Source: Candidatus Levyibacteriota bacterium
Lineage (GTDB): Bacteria > Patescibacteriota > Microgenomatia > Levybacterales > UBA12049
Assembly (NCBI GenBank): GCA_003173895.1
Contig: PJMG01000005.1
Coordinates: 18,275-82,274, forward strand
Direction of reading: 5' to 3'
DNA: 64,000 nt
Shown: one piece after another, positions 28,359-39,125 of the stretch
Layout of the letters: each line of letters opens with the position of its first letter
Numbering within the stretch: position 1 is the stretch's first letter
The notes under the pieces: model-generated
What the model was told of the DNA's origin: nothing
Database searches by the model: none
Seen by the model: only the letters and a program-made list of their open reading frames with translations
Program-made: the position numbers and the translations under genes

Positions 28359-29609
28359 ATGTCTTCTGAAAGACAACCTATCAGCATGCCTTCTTCGATT
28401 AATGGAGGAGAAAATTTTATAAAAGATGTGATGCCAACAGCCACTATGGCGGAAGTCATAAAAATAGTGGAATTAATGAGCAACTTGAAAGATAGTGATA
28501 AAGTAGTTATACAAATGGGAGGACCATTAGGTGATACTACAGTTCAAACAGCTCAACTTCGAGGTCTATTAAATATAATAGATTATTTAGATAAAAAAGT
28601 TTCTATAAGTGTTTGTGTGGATGCTGATAAACAGAAATTATTAGAACCATATGAAAAAATTCATAAAAATCTTCAAGTAATTGGAGTTTCAAATACTTCC
28701 GATGCAACTAATAATTTAATTCAAGATGCTAGAGATAGTGGTAAGAGTATTTTTATTTTTGATACCAGAGATAAAAAAAACTCACCTTCGGGAACTAAAC
28801 TTAGAATTGATAAAGAATATAATGAAGGAAAAAATACTACAATTGTTAGAGTTTCTAATGTTTTTAAAGCTGCTCTTTTTTCATACGAGGATTCAGGATT
28901 TGATAGAGTCGGAATTTTTATGAAAGGTCTATTTAATCTACCCGCGAACTCATTTTCTGATAGAAAAGCCAGACCACATATTCCTATTATAGGAAGTCGA
29001 GAAGAGTTAAGAGAAATATTTAACGAAGAACTAGGAATTGATTATAATACTGTTCAGATTACTATTTTACCTGAAGCCGGTATAGCTGAAAAAAGATATC
29101 CACTACTCTACTGGTTTAAAGCATTCAGAAAAACTTTATCATATTTAGCAGAACATAACTTTGACAAAAATATTACTCTAAATATTATTTATAATCAGGA
29201 TGCTCATCCAGAAATGATCACTCCACTCAGACTTTTTTCTCTAGCATTTTTAGGTAGTGGTATAAAGGGAAAAGTAAATTTCCTTTCTGGTCCTATAGAA
29301 AATATTGCTAAATTTTTAGCTACTCAAGATATCGTAGATACTAATGACACGGGATTTAATCATATCGCTGCAGGACTTACTTTTTATGATGACAATGGAA
29401 ATGAATTGAGAGATCAGGAAACTCCTGAAGTAGTTGGAGTTTATTTAAATTCCCATTTAATGGAGGATTGGACACTAAATGAAAAACAAAGAGGTATGGC
29501 ACCTGATGTTTTAACATATAGAGGCATAAAAGAAGTGGAACCAGAATTAGTAGCACTTTATAATCTGCAAGCTATGTTAAGAAGAGGATTATTAAATTAT
29601 TTTAGTTAA
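28359..29609 (+). CDS. Hypothetical protein
   Basis: 416-aa ORF. Confidence 0.45.
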   Translation: MSSERQPISMPSSINGGENFIKDVMPTATMAEVIKIVELMSNLKDSDKVVIQMGGPLGDTTVQTAQLRGLLNIIDYLDKKVSISVCVDADKQKLLEPYEKIHKNLQVIGVSNTSDATNNLIQDARDSGKSIFIFDTRDKKNSPSGTKLRIDKEYNEGKNTTIVRVSNVFKAALFSYEDSGFDRVGIFMKGLFNLPANSFSDRKARPHIPIIGSREELREIFNEELGIDYNTVQITILPEAGIAEKRYPLLYWFKAFRKTLSYLAEHNFDKNITLNIIYNQDAHPEMITPLRLFSLAFLGSGIKGKVNFLSGPIENIAKFLATQDIVDTNDTGFNHIAAGLTFYDDNGNELRDQETPEVVGVYLNSHLMEDWTLNEKQRGMAPDVLTYRGIKEVEPELVALYNLQAMLRRGLLNYFS

Positions 29610-29616
29610 TTTATAA

Positions 29617-31509
29617 TTATTGATTAGCTATGATGACGTCATAAGGCTCATTTAAATAATCACAAATTTCTTGCAATTCATCTTGGGTATATGCTTCTCC
29701 TTTTCCAAAGACCTTAGATAATAAGATTATCTGATTTATAGTATCAGCAGCTCTACGAAGAGGTTCAGTTACTCGTATAAATCCTTTTTTATTAACAGAT
29801 TGAGTAGGGTCTAAGGTATAACGCGAATAACGCGTATTTTTAAAAGTAAGAGCATTTTGTAAATGTAAAGCAGTAGTCATAGGCTCTTGTGTCATATATT
29901 GTCCGATTAATCTGCTTATAAGTACCATAAATTCTGCTACAATTCTTTCAGAGGTCCTATCTAAGAAGTATTTGTTATCTATGGAATGAATATATTCTCC
30001 ATGTTCATGTCTTTTCCTTGCTAATGTATCAGCAATAGTTCGAGCTTGTTGTAATACTCTACCCTTTTGGGTATTTTCCATATAGGGTAGATCTCCCATA
30101 GCGTAAGTTAAGTTATTAGTAATATATATTGTAGTTAATTCTAAATTTAAATTTGGATCTACTCCATCTTCAAAAAACTCCTTATTAAAATCAATAGTAA
30201 ATGTTATGGTAGGGTGAGTCATACCAGCAGCCATATTTAAATTACCATAAGCAAATTCATCGGGGAAAATTGGTACACCCAATTGTTTATAACGTCTTTT
30301 AATAGCTTCTTCTATTAATTCAGGTTTACCTGCTAAAAGCGACGCAGCATCACCAGTACTTATTTCTAATCTAAATCTTCTCTCTGATAATTTTTTAACC
30401 CAAAATGCATCTTCAAAAAGTTTAGCTTCTTCGGTATCAACAGTAATCGCCTTTTTTTGTATTCTTCTTTGCATTATATTTTCAGCTTCTACATTAGATT
30501 GTCTAGCTAGTTCAATAAGTAAAGGTTCAAATTGCCCGGGAGCTATAGGTAAAATTAATGGTGAAGGTAACTCTTCTTCTACCTTTTCTTCTTTTCTTTT
30601 GAAAGCAGTTGCTATTTTAGTATGAAATTTAATTAAGATTTCTTCATTAGTATCTTCATCTGTAGAATCTACATAACTTCTTACAGACTCCCAAAGTGCG
30701 CGTTCTGTTTTTCCTTTTGGAAAGTTGTTATCATCTTTCATAAAAGAAAACAGTTTATTAGCATAATATGTTAAAGCCATTTTTAACTGTCCACTATGCA
30801 TATACTTACCTTGAAATTTCCCGGGAGTTTCTATAAGACCAATCATCTGAGATAAAGTACCATAACTAGTATAAGTATCCTCAGGTAATTTAACTCCTAA
30901 CAGAGTTTTACGTTCCTCGTCTGAGAGTAATAAATTATCTCCATCAAATTTAACATCCATCATAAAATGTGTAAGAGCGTTAACCATTTTAGCTGGAATG
31001 TGATTTTTTTTAGTTTCTGCTTCTTCGGGAGTTAAATAATACTCATCAAATTGGTCTTGTAAACTTTCTACATATGCTTTATCTAAATAGGGAGATTCCC
31101 ATAGAACCTTTAAATTTTTTTCTACTGTTGGTTTTTCACTATCGCGCCTTAACCTTTCTTCACGAGATTGTTGTGCGTATGCATTGAGAGTAGGTATAGC
31201 CTGTTCTTCTAAAAAACTAATAAGTTTAGTTTGTCCTATAGCATCAGTAATTCGCTGTCTGATTTTACTTGTAGTAACAGTTTCCTGAGAAAATAAAGCT
31301 GATCGAGCCAATCTCCCTTTTTCAGATTGAGCGGAATCAATAAAAGTCTGTTGATCTCCTTTTGAAAGAGGGTTAATGATACCTTCTCTTAAGTGCGCTT
31401 CTAATTCATCAATATTTTCAGTGCCTAATAAATTTGCATACGCGGTTTCATTAATTATAGATCGAGGATCTTTTGGATTATAATTTGAATCACTTTCTCT
31501 TAATGGCAT
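29617..31509 (-). CDS. Large hypothetical protein
   Basis: 630-aa ORF. Confidence 0.5.
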   Translation of the reverse strand: MPLRESDSNYNPKDPRSIINETAYANLLGTENIDELEAHLREGIINPLSKGDQQTFIDSAQSEKGRLARSALFSQETVTTSKIRQRITDAIGQTKLISFLEEQAIPTLNAYAQQSREERLRRDSEKPTVEKNLKVLWESPYLDKAYVESLQDQFDEYYLTPEEAETKKNHIPAKMVNALTHFMMDVKFDGDNLLLSDEERKTLLGVKLPEDTYTSYGTLSQMIGLIETPGKFQGKYMHSGQLKMALTYYANKLFSFMKDDNNFPKGKTERALWESVRSYVDSTDEDTNEEILIKFHTKIATAFKRKEEKVEEELPSPLILPIAPGQFEPLLIELARQSNVEAENIMQRRIQKKAITVDTEEAKLFEDAFWVKKLSERRFRLEISTGDAASLLAGKPELIEEAIKRRYKQLGVPIFPDEFAYGNLNMAAGMTHPTITFTIDFNKEFFEDGVDPNLNLELTTIYITNNLTYAMGDLPYMENTQKGRVLQQARTIADTLARKRHEHGEYIHSIDNKYFLDRTSERIVAEFMVLISRLIGQYMTQEPMTTALHLQNALTFKNTRYSRYTLDPTQSVNKKGFIRVTEPLRRAADTINQIILLSKVFGKGEAYTQDELQEICDYLNEPYDVIIANQ

Positions 31510-31610
31510 AATTTATTACGTTGATGGACAGGAGCTTAAAACATTATACTATGTGGCTAATTCTTAATCAATCAGATTTTGTTGAATCTACGACAAAAAT
31601 TATTGAAGTG

Positions 31611-31683
31611 TGCGCCCAGAGGGATTCGAACCCCCGACCCCATCGTTAGAACCGATATGCTCTATCCACTGAGCTATGGGCGC
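31611..31683 (-). tRNA. tRNA-Arg (anticodon UCU)
   Basis: Cloverleaf fold. Acceptor GCGCCCA/UGGGCGC; D-arm GCUC-AGUGGAUA-GAGC; anticodon stem UAUCG/CGAUG with loop GUUCUAA; T-arm GGGGG-UUCGAAU-CCCUC. Closely resembles E. coli tRNA-Arg(UCU). Confidence 0.8.
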
Positions 31684-31743
31684 ATATATCCATTTTACCA
31701 AAGGAAGGTATTGAATTCAATGAAGCTATAATTAATCTAATAG

Positions 31744-33264
31744 CTATAGGTGCTTAGTTAAAGAAAACATAAAACGGATTATGGTTTGTAAGTCTACATT
31801 TTCAGATTGAGCTTGTATATATAAACGAGGAGAAACAAAAGCATCTAAATAAGCATCGTTAATTATATCTAATGCCCGACTAATAGGATTACTGGGATAA
31901 GTTTGTGGCCGATCTGTATCATCACTTGTAGTCTCAAAAGGAAAAAAAGAAAGAGGAGGATTTACAAAAACATGAGTCACATCAGCGGTAAATTGCTTAA
32001 ACACTGCTGAGACTATTGGATTTTTTAAAAATTGTTTTTTTTGGGAAGGAGACAAATTATGTAAACGCGATAATATACCATATGCTAAACGTTCGAATCT
32101 AAACAAATTATCATTTTCATCTTGATATCTTTGGTCTGTATTCGCCTGCGGATCTAAAAAGGGAAATTTTACTCCCAAACTTTCCATATGTTGCTCCATT
32201 TTAAAAATGGTTGCTATATCAGGTACAGCTAACCAGTTAATCACTTCTACAGAATTAGTGTAATATAAACCTCTAGCATATAGCCATGGATCTTGATTAA
32301 ATTTTTCTAAAAACTCAGTAAGTTGAGAAGTATAAGTAGTTAAATAATTAAATGTTCTTCCACGATGAAGATACTTTTTATTTTCAGGTAAATGCCATCT
32401 GTCATTAAGAGAATGTCTTATTTCATGTAAATTTACCCATACCGCCTCTTCTAAATGTTCTTTTTTTATATTTTGAATTTGATTTTGATTAAGATTGTTA
32501 AACATAAACTTCAAAAGTTCGGTGGTATACATATCAAAACCTAACGCTGCACCCTCCCCTTGAGCATTTCCTCCTTGATAGTATCCTAAATATTGATTAA
32601 CAATAGATGGATGTGTGAGGATAGCAGTGGAAGGTAAACAAATAGCAGCTCCAGGTATAATATTAAATAAATTTTGATAAAAATCATGCATGTTTTGGGT
32701 AGTTTCTGTATCGGCTTCTCGTAGTACACCAGTCGGATATTGTTGTAAAACAGTAAGCGCTTTGGTTCGTTCTCCTTGTTTTCCTTGAGCAAGATTTAAA
32801 ATATTTTCCCACTGTTTAAACTGAAATTCTGGATCACTAGAATCTAATTCTGTAACTCTTGCTAAGTCATCACCCCAATTATCTCTAAAATATACTAAAC
32901 ACTCTTGAAATTTTGCGCCTTCAGCAGTGTTAGTTTTTACTCTACCTTTTCTATCTAAAAATGTTCCCTTAGCACTATCTTCTAAAAGTTGAGTTAATTC
33001 TGGATGAAAAGGGGGAAAATCAGGCATAAACCCAAATTTTCTCTGAAATTCAACTAAACTTTGATAATATGGTAGAAAATCAGTAATACCTAACCGTTCA
33101 AAATTTATTTCTACTTGTTCTGGAGAAAAATTCTCTTCTGGCTGTGTTTCCTGATTAAATTTAGTTAAAAACCTATTTAATTGATTTTCTGCTCCTGCTC
33201 CTACGACTGCAGCAGCAATTGATCCACCTATTAATTTTCGTCTACTAATATCTTTTTCTAACAT
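31744..33264 (-). CDS. Putative secreted protein with HExxH motif (possible Tat signal, zinc-metallopeptidase-like)
   Basis: N-terminus SRRKLIGGSIAAAVVGAGA resembles a twin-arginine signal peptide. HEIRH motif present at NLHEIRHSLND. Confidence 0.35.
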   Translation of the reverse strand: MLEKDISRRKLIGGSIAAAVVGAGAENQLNRFLTKFNQETQPEENFSPEQVEINFERLGITDFLPYYQSLVEFQRKFGFMPDFPPFHPELTQLLEDSAKGTFLDRKGRVKTNTAEGAKFQECLVYFRDNWGDDLARVTELDSSDPEFQFKQWENILNLAQGKQGERTKALTVLQQYPTGVLREADTETTQNMHDFYQNLFNIIPGAAICLPSTAILTHPSIVNQYLGYYQGGNAQGEGAALGFDMYTTELLKFMFNNLNQNQIQNIKKEHLEEAVWVNLHEIRHSLNDRWHLPENKKYLHRGRTFNYLTTYTSQLTEFLEKFNQDPWLYARGLYYTNSVEVINWLAVPDIATIFKMEQHMESLGVKFPFLDPQANTDQRYQDENDNLFRFERLAYGILSRLHNLSPSQKKQFLKNPIVSAVFKQFTADVTHVFVNPPLSFFPFETTSDDTDRPQTYPSNPISRALDIINDAYLDAFVSPRLYIQAQSENVDLQTIIRFMFSLTKHL

Positions 33265-33373
33265 AGCCCATATTGTATAAAAAATGAATCAAAAATTCAA
33301 TAAAAATAAGTACTATATTAATTATTAGAAATATTGAACTAGTTTGATAGAAGTAAATAAATTAAATAATTTA

Positions 33374-34150
33374 TTATAATTCCCACCATTGATCCGGTAT
33401 TGGATCTCTGAAGAAAAGAATGCGGCGAGAAGGAGGTGGAGTAAAACCTTTAATTTCTTTATATAAGTTGTACATTACATATTCAAATTCCTTCAAAGCC
33501 TTATTATTAATCTTTGCTGCTCTGCGCTCGCGTTTATGTAGTCGAGCTTGAGAAAGGTCTAAGGGCATGAATTTCCAACTTCCATCCGAATATATAAAAT
33601 TTTCAAAAATATCATCTGGAGCTAAATGATGTCCTTCCTGAGTTAACTTATTAGTCCAATCAGTAACTTTAGCTTTAATTTCAGGCCAATGATTATGAAT
33701 AATATTTACGAATTTAGGGTCATTAATAGGATCTTTAGATAAAGGATCATTTTGATATGCACGTAATCTTTTTTTGCCATACATAATAACTCCTTTTTGG
33801 TCTTCATCAGTCATTACTATTCTACGGCGATCAATTTTTCTTACTGTTTCCACTACAGGTATACCTAATTCTTTAAATACATTTCTTTTCTCTATAAACT
33901 GATCTGCATTATTCCACTTAAGAAATTTTTCTACTAAATAAATAGTACGAGTTCCAAGGAGAGCTATAAGCTTATATTTGGTCTCTTCTCCACCATTTAT
34001 TTTTTCTGCAGAAAGAACGTTTATTTTAGTAATATGAGGTTTACCTGTTTGAGAATCAATTATACGTGGATGAATTAACCGTAATTCATTTGACTCTACG
34101 GATTGAGGAGCTATGTAGTCTAACAAACTCATGTCGAGAATATAACACAT
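33374..34150 (-). CDS. Hypothetical protein, possibly an atypical kinase-like fold
   Basis: HHLAPDDIFENF and FMPLDLSQ weakly resemble the catalytic and DFG-like loops of RIO/Kdo-type kinases. Confidence 0.3.
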   Translation of the reverse strand: MCYILDMSLLDYIAPQSVESNELRLIHPRIIDSQTGKPHITKINVLSAEKINGGEETKYKLIALLGTRTIYLVEKFLKWNNADQFIEKRNVFKELGIPVVETVRKIDRRRIVMTDEDQKGVIMYGKKRLRAYQNDPLSKDPINDPKFVNIIHNHWPEIKAKVTDWTNKLTQEGHHLAPDDIFENFIYSDGSWKFMPLDLSQARLHKRERRAAKINNKALKEFEYVMYNLYKEIKGFTPPPSRRILFFRDPIPDQWWEL

Positions 34151-34215
34151 CTTATAATAAATTGCAAAATTACATTTATTGCTTTTGATTTAGTAAAAAA
34201 TTACAATAATTCTCT

Positions 34216-35394
34216 ATGAGTTTAGAGCAAGAAGGAGCTGAAGGTTTATCTCAAGTCAGCTTAAGAGATAGATTAGTAGCTACTAGTGAAATTTTCAGAT
34301 GCGATAAATACCTTTTATATCCTGATTTAGGAGATTTTCCAGCCTACCAAATACCTAGGGTATTATTAAATCATGTTAAAATTGTAAGTTTGTTAGATAT
34401 ACCGAGAGAAAATATTAATCCGTTATTTGAACTTCAAAATGCTGTTATTAAACTTTTGGAATCAGGGAGTAAAAATCCATTTGCTCTAGCTAGTAAGGAA
34501 TCTATAAATGCTTACATTAATTTAGCCCAAATGCATTTGGCAGTGGGGGAATTTTCAGAAGGAAGTGAAATTTTAAACCAGCTAAATCCTGATGATGTCA
34601 TTGATATAAAACTAGAAATAGCAAATGAAATTATGGAAAGACCTATGACAGAAGATGGGTGGGTTTTTATAAATGATATTTTTGATCATAGAGGAGACTA
34701 TGATCCAGAACAATTGGTGAATACTTTACTCAGAAGAGCATCTATCCAACCTACTTTAGAAAATAAGATAACAGATTTAATGGACACATTAGAACTATTA
34801 GGAACATTTAATAAACCTACTGCAGGCACTTTTGATTTTGCTTATGAGAAGATTGCGCTAAATTTAGCTAATTTGGCAAAAAACGAACCAGAAATGCATT
34901 CTTTTACAGATAAAATTCTTACAACTGTAGAAAAATTGATTGGGGAAAATGTAGGAGGTTATAATAGAAATGCAGAGGGATTAACGATAGCATCTATAGA
35001 TCTTTTTGATCAAGCTATATCTTCATGGGATTTAGGTTCAAGTTATTTATCACCAGATAATGATATACGTTTAACAGAATATATGGCAGATATGATGGAA
35101 GTTAATTCTCCTCTCTTAAAGCCATTAATACTTGCTAATCCAAATTTAAATCCATTTAAACTATTTGTAGAACAACATTCTAAAAAAGAACTTTTAATAA
35201 CTAGAATTTTAGCAAATATGCTACAAATGTTTCCCGTTAATACAGTTTTTAACTATGATCGTTACAAAAAAATCCAACTAACTCCTGAAGAGTTATCTAA
35301 TCTCAGGGAAGTGGAAGTTGTTGAACTTAATAATTTATCAAGCGAAGATGAAGAGCTTAAAAATGCACTAGAAATATTAGGTTTGAGCAAATGA
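34216..35394 (+). CDS. Hypothetical protein
   Basis: 392-aa ORF. Its stop codon abuts tRNA-Gly. Confidence 0.45.
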   Translation: MSLEQEGAEGLSQVSLRDRLVATSEIFRCDKYLLYPDLGDFPAYQIPRVLLNHVKIVSLLDIPRENINPLFELQNAVIKLLESGSKNPFALASKESINAYINLAQMHLAVGEFSEGSEILNQLNPDDVIDIKLEIANEIMERPMTEDGWVFINDIFDHRGDYDPEQLVNTLLRRASIQPTLENKITDLMDTLELLGTFNKPTAGTFDFAYEKIALNLANLAKNEPEMHSFTDKILTTVEKLIGENVGGYNRNAEGLTIASIDLFDQAISSWDLGSSYLSPDNDIRLTEYMADMMEVNSPLLKPLILANPNLNPFKLFVEQHSKKELLITRILANMLQMFPVNTVFNYDRYKKIQLTPEELSNLREVEVVELNNLSSEDEELKNALEILGLSK

Positions 35395-35465
35395 GCGGGC
35401 GACCAGACTCGAACTGGCGACATTCTGCTTGGAAAGCAGATGTTCTACCACTGAACTACGCCCGC
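35395..35465 (-). tRNA. tRNA-Gly (anticodon UCC)
   Basis: Acceptor GCGGGCG/CGCCCGC; D-arm GUUC-AGUGGUA-GAAC; anticodon stem UCUGC/GCAGA with loop UUUCCAA; T-arm GCCAG-UUCGAGU-CUGGU. Confidence 0.8.
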
Positions 35466-35512
35466 GAACTCCGTTTGGGACAAAACCTACGGTTTCTTCC
35501 CAACGATCTCCC

Positions 35513-35565
35513 CTAAAAAGTTGCGCGACAACGGTAATTCCGAAACGAGCGTTGTAACCGCGCAA
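35513..35565 (-). terminator. Rho-independent terminator for the 35628-36203 gene
   Basis: Minus-strand hairpin uugcgcg-guuacaacg...cguugu-cgcgcaa followed by CUUUUU. Confidence 0.5.
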
Positions 35566-35627
35566 TTATTGATAGTAATTATTATATCAAAAAAACAGAT
35601 ATAAACAAAAGAGAAAATTGTTTAAAT

Positions 35628-36203
35628 TTACTTTATGTATGTGTGCAATAAGGTTAAGTATTTTCCATAATTAGCGTAAATTAAATACGCATTAATTAAA
35701 ATTAAAAGTGGAAATACCATAAATTTTTCTACGAAACTTCCAGTTCTGACTCTTAAAAATTCTAAAGGTGGAAAACCAAATTTGATTGGTATCGGAAAAA
35801 GCCAGGGTACACCTTCACGAGTGAAAGTATCCATTATTAAATGCGATCCATAGCCTATCATAAAACTCCACCAAACTATGTTCATATTTACTAAAATTAC
35901 GTGGTTGGCTAATTGTAATAAGTAATGCGAAAGAAACCCAAAAAGCGCAAATCCCAATAAAGAATGTGAAACATGTCGATGTCCACCTAAAAAAGGTGTA
36001 AACACTCGACTATACACTCCTCCAGCTGGTAATTTATGCCAAAGATCTCCTGTGGGTTGATCGATATCAGGCGTTAAACCACCTATCATATTAGCACTAA
36101 AAGCGAAAAATGCAGTTCCAAGTGAAATGTGAAATAAAGGGAAAGTTACTATAATAGTATTTAAAGCTGTGAAAGCTGCTAAATCATGAGTTCTTCCTGT
36201 CAT
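35628..36203 (-). CDS. Membrane-bound metal-dependent hydrolase-like protein (YdjM/DUF457-like)
   Basis: N-terminus MTGRTHDLAAF, His-rich, 4-5 TM helices. Confidence 0.35.
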   Translation of the reverse strand: MTGRTHDLAAFTALNTIIVTFPLFHISLGTAFFAFSANMIGGLTPDIDQPTGDLWHKLPAGGVYSRVFTPFLGGHRHVSHSLLGFALFGFLSHYLLQLANHVILVNMNIVWWSFMIGYGSHLIMDTFTREGVPWLFPIPIKFGFPPLEFLRVRTGSFVEKFMVFPLLILINAYLIYANYGKYLTLLHTYIK

Positions 36204-36273
36204 ATATTTATGATAGCAAAAATATTTCTTGAAGGAGTTGGGATTTTAAGATACAATACTACTATTATCTCAC

Positions 36274-36357
36274 GCTGCGGTGGTGGAATGGCAGACACGA
36301 GGGCCTTAAGAGCCTTTGCCTTTAACGGGTGTGAGGGTTCGACTCCCTCTCGCAGCA
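36274..36357 (+). tRNA. tRNA-Leu (anticodon UAA), type II with long variable arm
   Basis: Acceptor GCUGCGG/UCGCAGC; anticodon stem AGGGC/GCCUU with loop CUUAAGA; long variable arm; T-arm GAGGG-UUCGACU-CCCUC; discriminator A. Confidence 0.75.
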
Positions 36358-36390
36358 CTTAACTTCATTTGTATACGACTCACTCTTTTA

Positions 36391-37017
36391 TTATTCTGTA
36401 GGAAGCTGTTCTAATTTTTTCATTGCCTTTGCTCGATTGTATCGCTGAAGCATAACAGAATAACCAGTATAGGCAAGTGCTACTGGCCACGGAAAAGTAA
36501 AAAAAAGCAATCCACCCACTAATAAATGTCCAATCTCTCCCCATTTTGTAATACCAATTAATCCTTCTAATTGTTCTCTATCATGTGAATCCAGTTTAGG
36601 TCGTTTAAAAATTCTTTTTACTAATTGCCCGCCGGTTGGTACTAAAAACTTAACTAATCTTATTCCAAGTACTTCATAAAGGGGCATTTCAAAACTTTTA
36701 GGCTTAAAGTACCAATTAGCTACTCTATTCAGAAATGATTTTCTTTTCTTCTTATTCCATCCAAATGTGTCTGGAGCAAAACCTACTGCTTTAAGCCAGT
36801 CTTGATCATTAAGTTTTGCAAGTGCTTCCGGATCAGTTAATAAACTTCTGTCTATATCAGGTTTTTTAATTTCTGTTTCAGGTGAAAGATTTTTTTGTAA
36901 AGAAGACCTTTCTGGATCAACAGAACTCATTCGTCTATCATTTCTCAGTTCATTATTGGGAGGAATGCTACCATTAAAACTATCTGGACTCTGAGACGGC
37001 ATTTCAGAATTTGGCAT
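36391..37017 (-). CDS. Hypothetical protein with C-terminal membrane segment
   Basis: 208-aa ORF. Confidence 0.45.
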   Translation of the reverse strand: MPNSEMPSQSPDSFNGSIPPNNELRNDRRMSSVDPERSSLQKNLSPETEIKKPDIDRSLLTDPEALAKLNDQDWLKAVGFAPDTFGWNKKKRKSFLNRVANWYFKPKSFEMPLYEVLGIRLVKFLVPTGGQLVKRIFKRPKLDSHDREQLEGLIGITKWGEIGHLLVGGLLFFTFPWPVALAYTGYSVMLQRYNRAKAMKKLEQLPTE

Positions 37018-37135
37018 AGGTAAGATATTATGGGATTAAAATGATTTTGTCAAATATAAAAGATAAGAGTAATATGAGCTGATAAATGAGAATCCGCTTT
37101 AATCGATCTAGACTAAAAGGAATTAGTATTAAATA

Positions 37136-37423
37136 CTAAGAAGGTTCGTGAACGACTAAAAAATTTCCTACTGGTAAACGCATTCTACCTGAAACTCTAG
37201 TAGAGGGTAAGTTACTACTACGAGCTGTTTCAGCACTTCCATAACCTTCAGGATAAGTAGCATTAGGTGCATAATCTTCTACTATAACCGGTTCTCCATT
37301 AAGTGTTCCACTATTTTGCCAATTTGTTGTGTGATCAGCAATTACGGGGTCTTCATTTATATTAATTGTACTGTAAACTATGGTTCTGCAAAATTTGATT
37401 TTATTGTCAGGTTTTTCAACCAT
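37136..37423 (-). CDS. Hypothetical small protein
   Basis: 95-aa ORF. Confidence 0.35.
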   Translation of the reverse strand: MVEKPDNKIKFCRTIVYSTININEDPVIADHTTNWQNSGTLNGEPVIVEDYAPNATYPEGYGSAETARSSNLPSTRVSGRMRLPVGNFLVVHEPS

Positions 37424-37462
37424 AAAATGACTTTATCATATTGTATGTTTTAAATCAAACAA

Positions 37463-39118
37463 TTATCTTCCAAACATCTTATTTAATTCTTTAAAAGAAA
37501 ATAGAATACTGGTTGGTCTGCTGTGAGGGCAGGTAGCATTGTTAACTACTTTTTGTAAACTAGAAACGATATCTTTCATTTGTTCATTGGTCAATTTATT
37601 TCCAGCTTTAACGGCTGCTCGACAGGCTAAAAATGCTAACATTTCTTCACTCATTGAATCTAAATTTTTTACTTGACCATTATCCTCAATAGATTCTAAA
37701 AGATTTTTTATCAAATCTTTAGGATTTCTATCTTTAAGTAATTCAGGTAAATGTGTAATGGACATTTGATCTTTGGCTAGAGAAAAAATAATGCCTAGGT
37801 TTTTAAAAAATCCTTGGTATTCTCCTAAAATTAGAATTTCTGATTTATTGAAATTGATGGTAATGGGAGTAGCAAGTTTGTATGTTTTAGTTTTTTCCTT
37901 TAAAAATTCTTCTTTTAGTTTTTCAAAAATTATTCTTTCATGAGCTGCATGTTGATCGATCATTAAAAGACCGTGTGAAGTTTGAGTTAGAATATATAAA
38001 TTATTAAATTGAATTATAAAATTATCTTCTATTCTAAATTTAGGTAATTTCTCTAAAACATTTTCTTTTAAGAATTGTCCAGCCACAGAATTAGTCAAAC
38101 CAACTCCAGTTCTTTTCCAGGAAAGATTTTGAAAAGTTAAATTACTATTCTGCAATGTTTCACTTACCGCTTGTTTAATAAAATTAAAAACCGTTTGCGC
38201 ACTGACTAGACTGATTTGTTCTTTTCGAGGATGAACATTTACATCCACCATTTCATATGGAAGATTAAGATATAAAACAAAAACTGGATACGTCGTAGGT
38301 TCTAGCATATTTCCGTATGCTTCTTTAATCGCTGTATTTATTAATCTATCAGTAACTTTTCTATTGTTAATAAATAAAAATTGCTTATTAGTGGATGAAG
38401 TATGGAACTGTGGTTTAGAAATAAAACCAGAAAGTTTTAAATAAGAATCATTTAATTTAAGCGGAATTAAAAGAGAGAAATTTTCTTTTAAAAATAAATT
38501 TATTCTTTCAGAGATATTAGATAGTGCCGGAAAATCTAAGAGAATTTTAGAATTGTGTTTTAAGGTAAAATGAATCTGAGGATAAGATAAAGAAAAACCT
38601 ATGACTAAATCGATAATATATCTAAGTTCGGTCTGTTTACTTTTTAGAAATTTTCTACGAGCTGGAATATTTTCAAATAAATTATCGGCTATAACTACAG
38701 TCCCACTTGGCATTCCTGTCTCTTTTTGACTAATTAATTTATTATTTCGAATTTTAATTTCATTTCCTACGATAGATTTTTCGATTTTACTTTTTATAGT
38801 TAAATCAGAAATAGCTGCTAAACTGGAAAGTGCTTCGCCTCGAAAACCTAAAGTAGAAATTCCTATTAAATCCTCTGAAATCTTACTAGTGGTGTGAGGC
38901 TTAAAAGATTCTAATAAATCTTCTTTGGACATGCCTTCACCATTGTCTGTTATTTGAATTTTTTTCAGCCCTGCATCTTCTAAATAAATTTGAATATGAG
39001 TGGCTTTAGCATCTATAGAATTTTCTATTAATTCTTTAACTGCAAAGGCCGGTCTTTCGATGACTTCTCCTGCTGCTATTTTAGAAATTATTTCTGGTGA
39101 AAGTGCATGAATTTTCAT
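37463..39118 (-). CDS. mutL: DNA mismatch repair protein MutL, endonuclease-type
   Basis: GHKL ATPase N-terminus (ISKIAAGEVIERPAFAVKELIENSIDAKAT) and C-terminal endonuclease motif DQHAAHERIIFE. Confidence 0.9.
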   Translation of the reverse strand: MKIHALSPEIISKIAAGEVIERPAFAVKELIENSIDAKATHIQIYLEDAGLKKIQITDNGEGMSKEDLLESFKPHTTSKISEDLIGISTLGFRGEALSSLAAISDLTIKSKIEKSIVGNEIKIRNNKLISQKETGMPSGTVVIADNLFENIPARRKFLKSKQTELRYIIDLVIGFSLSYPQIHFTLKHNSKILLDFPALSNISERINLFLKENFSLLIPLKLNDSYLKLSGFISKPQFHTSSTNKQFLFINNRKVTDRLINTAIKEAYGNMLEPTTYPVFVLYLNLPYEMVDVNVHPRKEQISLVSAQTVFNFIKQAVSETLQNSNLTFQNLSWKRTGVGLTNSVAGQFLKENVLEKLPKFRIEDNFIIQFNNLYILTQTSHGLLMIDQHAAHERIIFEKLKEEFLKEKTKTYKLATPITINFNKSEILILGEYQGFFKNLGIIFSLAKDQMSITHLPELLKDRNPKDLIKNLLESIEDNGQVKNLDSMSEEMLAFLACRAAVKAGNKLTNEQMKDIVSSLQKVVNNATCPHSRPTSILFSFKELNKMFGR

Positions 39119-39125
39119 ATTGTTT

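Noticed and set aside
35377-35565. 62-aa ORF overlapping tRNA-Gly, and the 68-aa ORF 58568-58774 overlapping tRNA-Arg
   Set aside because: The sequences are explained by tRNA genes and a terminator hairpin, so they are spurious ORFs.
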